This document shows positions 60,754 to 64,000 of a stretch of 64,000 bases of DNA, piece after piece; within the stretch, counting starts at the first letter, position 1, and each line of letters starts with the position of its first letter. Position numbers and translations under genes: made by a program. The stretch lies in IMG/VR virus record IMGVR_UViG_3300008266_010073, one strand, 5' to 3'. This DNA comes from an uncultured virus (IMG/VR IMGVR_UViG_3300008266_010073) (lineage: Duplodnaviria; Heunggongvirae; Uroviricota; Caudoviricetes). The notes below the pieces were generated by a model. The model did no database searches, was not told the origin of the DNA, and saw nothing but the letters and a program-made list of their open reading frames with translations.

Positions 60754-61519
60754 AAGAATTACAGATTACACGAAAATACTTCCAATAGTAGAATTATATC
60801 GTTGTGTACAATCAGAAGGATCTCGATTTGGCAGACCTACAATTGCAGTTAGAACTACAGGCTGCACTCATCGTTGTTGGTTTGGCGAAGGAGGTTGGTG
60901 TGACTCTTGGTACACTAGCATTCACCCAGAAAAAGGCACATTTACATTTAATGATATCATTGATATTTATGATAAAAATCCACATATCAAAGAAATGATG
61001 TTAACGGGTGGATCTCCCACAATGCATCCTGCATTAGTTAACGAACTAACACATTTTGCACATGAAAGAGATATTCTCATTACTATTGAAACTGAAGGCT
61101 CGCATTTTATTGAGACTGATTATCCTATTGGGCTTATCTCTCTTAGCCCTAAGTTTAGCAATAGCGTTCCCAGGGTGGGTGTTGCTACGCCGCAAGGCAC
61201 GATTACGGATGAAAAGATGGTTGCGCAACATAACAAGTTTAGGCTGAATTATTCAGCAATGAATGCAATGATAACCACTCATTCTGATTATCATTTTAAA
61301 CCAGTATGGGATGGCACTGAAGAGAATCTTAAAGAAATTGAAGAAGCACGCGAATTTTTAGAAATTCCTAAAGAAAAGACGTATATTATGCCCGCCGGCG
61401 ATACTCGAGAAGAATTAATCAAAATGTATCCGATAGTATTTGAAATGTGTGCCGAACGAGGATATAACATGACAGGAAGAGATCACATAATAGCTTTCAA
61501 TACGCAGCGCGGGGTGTAA
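60731..61519 (+). CDS. queE: 7-carboxy-7-deazaguanine synthase (radical SAM)
   Basis: VQSEG..G.P...RTTGC, CTHRCWFGEGGWCDS, LTGGSP, IETEG, SLSPK. Confidence 0.9.
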   Translation: MTMTSHSKRITDYTKILPIVELYRCVQSEGSRFGRPTIAVRTTGCTHRCWFGEGGWCDSWYTSIHPEKGTFTFNDIIDIYDKNPHIKEMMLTGGSPTMHPALVNELTHFAHERDILITIETEGSHFIETDYPIGLISLSPKFSNSVPRVGVATPQGTITDEKMVAQHNKFRLNYSAMNAMITTHSDYHFKPVWDGTEENLKEIEEAREFLEIPKEKTYIMPAGDTREELIKMYPIVFEMCAERGYNMTGRDHIIAFNTQRGV

Positions 61520-61577
61520 ACTGCATTAGACACTGAAAAAGAAATATAATACTGCATATTTATAATAAAGGATTGTT

Positions 61578-62267
61578 ATGACATATGTACGTACAGAAAA
61601 AATAGGAACTAAATATAAATTTATACATGGCAGAACATGTGATGTATGTAATTCATATTACGAAACAATTTCCGGAAATAAAAAAACATTAACAGCTAAA
61701 AATAATTGGTGTAGTGCGAAATGCAGAAAAATGTATTTTAAACAAACATCATATAAAACTTTGGAATGTAAATTTTGTAACAATATGATAACTGTATATA
61801 ATTCAAATACGTCAAAATTTTGTAGTCATATATGTTATTCACAGTATATGAAATTGCATCCTGCAGAATTTGGTTTAGATAAAAAAGCGATTAATATGCA
61901 TATATATTCAAATACACCAGAATCAATTGCAAAAGGGATACAAACAAAAAAAGAAAAAGGTTTAATTCAACGGTGGGTAGATGAACGAAACATTGAATGG
62001 AAAAAGTATTGGAAGGTTTGCAATTATCATACTAGAAAAATGCGTAAAGTGATGTTAGAAACATGGGATGGGTATGATTACATTGATGGCGAATATATAA
62101 AAGATAATTTAACATTACATTTTAGTGATAAAAATTATCCTAGTTTAGATCATATCAAACCACGTAGTAAATGTTTTGAAGAAGGAATGACAGTTAGAGA
62201 ATGTTGCGATCCATCAAATTTAGCTTGGACAAAACGAATAAATAATAGTAGAAAATATAATAAATAA
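61578..62267 (+). CDS. HNH endonuclease (free-standing homing type) with N-terminal Zn-ribbons
   Basis: CDVC..CSAKC..CKFC..CSHIC; SLDHIKPRS..NLAW..NNSRK; own late motif 61555-61564. Confidence 0.75.
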   Translation: MTYVRTEKIGTKYKFIHGRTCDVCNSYYETISGNKKTLTAKNNWCSAKCRKMYFKQTSYKTLECKFCNNMITVYNSNTSKFCSHICYSQYMKLHPAEFGLDKKAINMHIYSNTPESIAKGIQTKKEKGLIQRWVDERNIEWKKYWKVCNYHTRKMRKVMLETWDGYDYIDGEYIKDNLTLHFSDKNYPSLDHIKPRSKCFEEGMTVRECCDPSNLAWTKRINNSRKYNK

Positions 62268-62268
62268 T

Positions 62269-62412
62269 ATGAAATCACATTCAACTTGGTTTAAAAGAAC
62301 CCTTAATCCTATATTAAGAAAAATATTTAAAGTAGAAATTTGTTCTATTTCCTTTGAAGAAAAGATAATTGGTTATGGAATCAGAAAAATGCTTACTAAA
62401 AGAGGTGTGTGA
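62269..62412 (+). CDS. 47-aa ORF not in ORF track (MKSHSTWFKR...LTKRGV)
   Basis: Read manually; fills the gap between HNH stop (62267) and ATG 62414. Confidence 0.5.
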   Translation: MKSHSTWFKRTLNPILRKIFKVEICSISFEEKIIGYGIRKMLTKRGV

Positions 62413-62413
62413 T

Positions 62414-62725
62414 ATGGAAAACGAAACTAAAAGAGTTAAACTTGAAAGAACTGAAGGCACCCCAGTTGACTTATCTAATTGGTATGCCAATCAGAAAAAA
62501 CGAGAATTAGCAGAACAGGAAAGAAAACAAAAAGAAAGAGAACAAGAAGAAGAACGAATCAGTAAGATTGAATGTCCTGTTTGTAAATCTACTGATAAGA
62601 TACACCATATTAAAAGACAAAGTAATGGTATTTATGGACCTGGACATTCAAGTTGGATTACAGATAATTACTTAGTTTGTAGAAATTGTGGGATCCATTA
62701 TAATGATATTAATAAATTGAAATAA
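62414..62725 (+). CDS. Hypothetical Zn-ribbon protein
   Basis: CPVC..CRNC; AGAGGTG SD at 62401-62407 supports ATG 62414. Confidence 0.65.
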   Translation: MENETKRVKLERTEGTPVDLSNWYANQKKRELAEQERKQKEREQEEERISKIECPVCKSTDKIHHIKRQSNGIYGPGHSSWITDNYLVCRNCGIHYNDINKLK

Positions 62726-62727
62726 AT

Positions 62728-62910
62728 ATGAGCGTTGATGATATAAAAAACCTAAGATTGGGTGAAGTAGTTAAAGTTAAAATAGATGAATCACACTCGA
62801 TTAAAGGTATTGTACAAGGAATTGACTTATGGGAGAAAAGAATCAGAGTATCTAAGGATGAATATACTTGTGATTGGTTCCCTCCCAGATTAATCAGCAA
62901 ATTAAAATAA
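62728..62910 (+). CDS. Small hypothetical protein
   Basis: 60 aa, tightly packed in operon. Confidence 0.55.
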   Translation: MSVDDIKNLRLGEVVKVKIDESHSIKGIVQGIDLWEKRIRVSKDEYTCDWFPPRLISKLK

Positions 62911-62911
62911 T

Positions 62912-62971
62912 ATGTATACAGTAACAACAACATTTGGAAATTACCAAATTAATTACGTTATAACAAGATGA
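62912..62971 (+). CDS. 19-aa micro-ORF MYTVTTTFGNYQINYVITR
   Basis: Starts 1 nt after previous stop; its TGA overlaps thioredoxin ATG (ATGA). Confidence 0.45.
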   Translation: MYTVTTTFGNYQINYVITR

Positions 62972-63216
62972 AACAACTACTTTATTTTACTGCCGAATGG
63001 TGCGGTCCTTGCAAAATGATTAAACCTGTAATGCAATCATTACAATCTCAAATGTCAATTACATTTATTGATGCAGATTCTAGTGCAGAAACTTGCAAAA
63101 CATGGAATGTGCGTAATGTACCAACCGTATTGTTAATTAAAAATGGAATAGAAATAGGTCGATTAGTAGGATCTAATATAACGCGAGAAACAGTTATAAA
63201 TTTGTATAATAAATAA
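62968..63216 (+). CDS. trxA: Thioredoxin
   Basis: FTAEWCGPCK, VPT motif. Confidence 0.93.
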   Translation: MKQLLYFTAEWCGPCKMIKPVMQSLQSQMSITFIDADSSAETCKTWNVRNVPTVLLIKNGIEIGRLVGSNITRETVINLYNK

Positions 63217-63227
63217 AAGGAAAAGTT

Positions 63228-63527
63228 ATGAATTGGAAACCAATTGGAGATCAAGTACTCCTTAAAGAATTAGAAAAACAAGAAAAAACAAAGAGTGGTA
63301 TCATCATGATGGCAGGTATGGATGAATATGTTGAATGTGATGTGATGGAGGTAGGCGATGGATTGTTTACACAAACCGGTAACAAAATACCAATGACAGT
63401 AAAAGCCGGAGATCGAGTTAAAATATATTCTGGAAATTTAGGATCCCAGAAGAAAGTACAATTGGGAGATGCTGAATTTATATTGGTTCGCGAACATGAG
63501 ATTGCTATGGTAAACACAAAACCATGA
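63228..63527 (+). CDS. groES: Co-chaperonin GroES (cpn10)
   Basis: KPIGDQVLL, KTKSGII, VGDG, VKAGDRV, VREHEI. Confidence 0.9.
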   Translation: MNWKPIGDQVLLKELEKQEKTKSGIIMMAGMDEYVECDVMEVGDGLFTQTGNKIPMTVKAGDRVKIYSGNLGSQKKVQLGDAEFILVREHEIAMVNTKP

Positions 63528-63760
63528 TTGAAGCATTAGGATGGGTCTGCACGGCATTGGTATTGATTGGTTTCATTGTCAATGCCCGCGGACATTTTCT
63601 TCCTGCTTTGATTTGGTGGATAGTAGGAGATATTGGTTGGATTGTATATGATATTTACATAAATAATATTAGTCATATGGTCCTGGGATTAGTTATAATA
63701 GCAATAAACACATACGGTATCATCAGATACTATAAAAATAAAAAATGTATCAAGCAATAG
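63524..63760 (+). CDS. Small 3-TM membrane protein (PnuC/SemiSWEET-half-like, tentative)
   Basis: Three hydrophobic segments; WIVGDIGWIVY. Confidence 0.5.
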   Translation: MIEALGWVCTALVLIGFIVNARGHFLPALIWWIVGDIGWIVYDIYINNISHMVLGLVIIAINTYGIIRYYKNKKCIKQ

Positions 63761-64000
63761 GTTACGACAAGAAAAACGGCATTATGCACGTTTGGGATGA
63801 TGAATTAGGACATCAAAAGTTTCCATTTCAACCATATGGATATTTACCAAATACACAAGGACAATATCAATCATTAGACGGCACTAGATTAGATCGTGTT
63901 GCTGGTAATCACAGAGATAATCCTAAATCATATGAATCTGATTTAAATGAAGAAGTTAGAACTCTAATTGATTTGTATTATGAATCAGATGAGCCTTCAA
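63745..64000 (+). CDS. N-terminus of probable family-B DNA polymerase (truncated by window end)
   Basis: Open to end: MYQAIGYDKK..MHVWDDELG..YESDL..RTLIDLYYESDEPS, resembling N-termini of phage PolB; catalytic motifs not in window. Confidence 0.55.
   Translation, partial: MYQAIGYDKKNGIMHVWDDELGHQKFPFQPYGYLPNTQGQYQSLDGTRLDRVAGNHRDNPKSYESDLNEEVRTLIDLYYESDEPS

Noticed and set aside
61500..62400. Group I intron carrying the HNH gene within queE
   Set aside because: queE already ends in a plausible C-terminus, too little non-coding sequence for a ribozyme core, and no in-frame U/G splice junction found
62933..62964. Promoter-like TTTGGA...TATAAC before thioredoxin
   Set aside because: Spacing is 2-3 nt longer than the other copies and the region is better explained by the micro-ORF
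1270..63517. Numerous minus-strand and short nested ORFs in the ORF track (e.g. 9802-10047, 33142-33603, 33610-34155, 34667-35161)
   Set aside because: Shadows of + strand genes; their Pro/Cys/Ser-rich content mirrors repetitive sense codons and they lack motifs or start signals
1..64000. Stop-codon reassignment
   Set aside because: Conserved genes are full length in the standard code and TAA, TGA and TAG all occur at natural gene ends
1..64000. tRNA or rRNA genes
   Set aside because: Intergenic gaps are short and I saw no cloverleaf/T-loop signature; a tRNAscan run would confirm

Overview
AT-rich, gene-dense segment of a large T4-like (contractile-tailed) bacteriophage genome; essentially all real genes are on the + strand. 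Order: primase and a fused Mre11-Rad50 (SbcD-SbcC) nuclease; head module (terminase, portal, prohead protease, ribosomal protein bS21, scaffold, major capsid, PhoH, neck); tail fibres and three tandem glycine-rich adhesin paralogues; sheath, tube, tail chaperone, tape measure, baseplate; a minimal family-A DNA polymerase and putative capsid-internal proteins; SSB, RecA, 5'-3' exonuclease, DnaB helicase, class II RNR; folE-queD-queE (7-deazaguanine precursors); HNH endonuclease, thioredoxin, GroES and the start of a probable family-B polymerase. The bS21 sequence and a Gln-starting signal peptide suggest a Bacteroidota host (inference). Most notable non-gene signals: two promoter classes (ATATTTAT, the reverse complement of the T4 late box, before structural genes; TTG-N19/20-TATATT before replication genes, several apparently leaderless), SD-led abundant genes next to a phage bS21, a probable +1 tail-chaperone frameshift, a pervasive [ST]-[GAS]-S motif in outer virion proteins, and late proteins with cleavable leaders carrying nuclease/ligase/NTase-like cargo. 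All calls are from motif recognition by eye; no searches were run.
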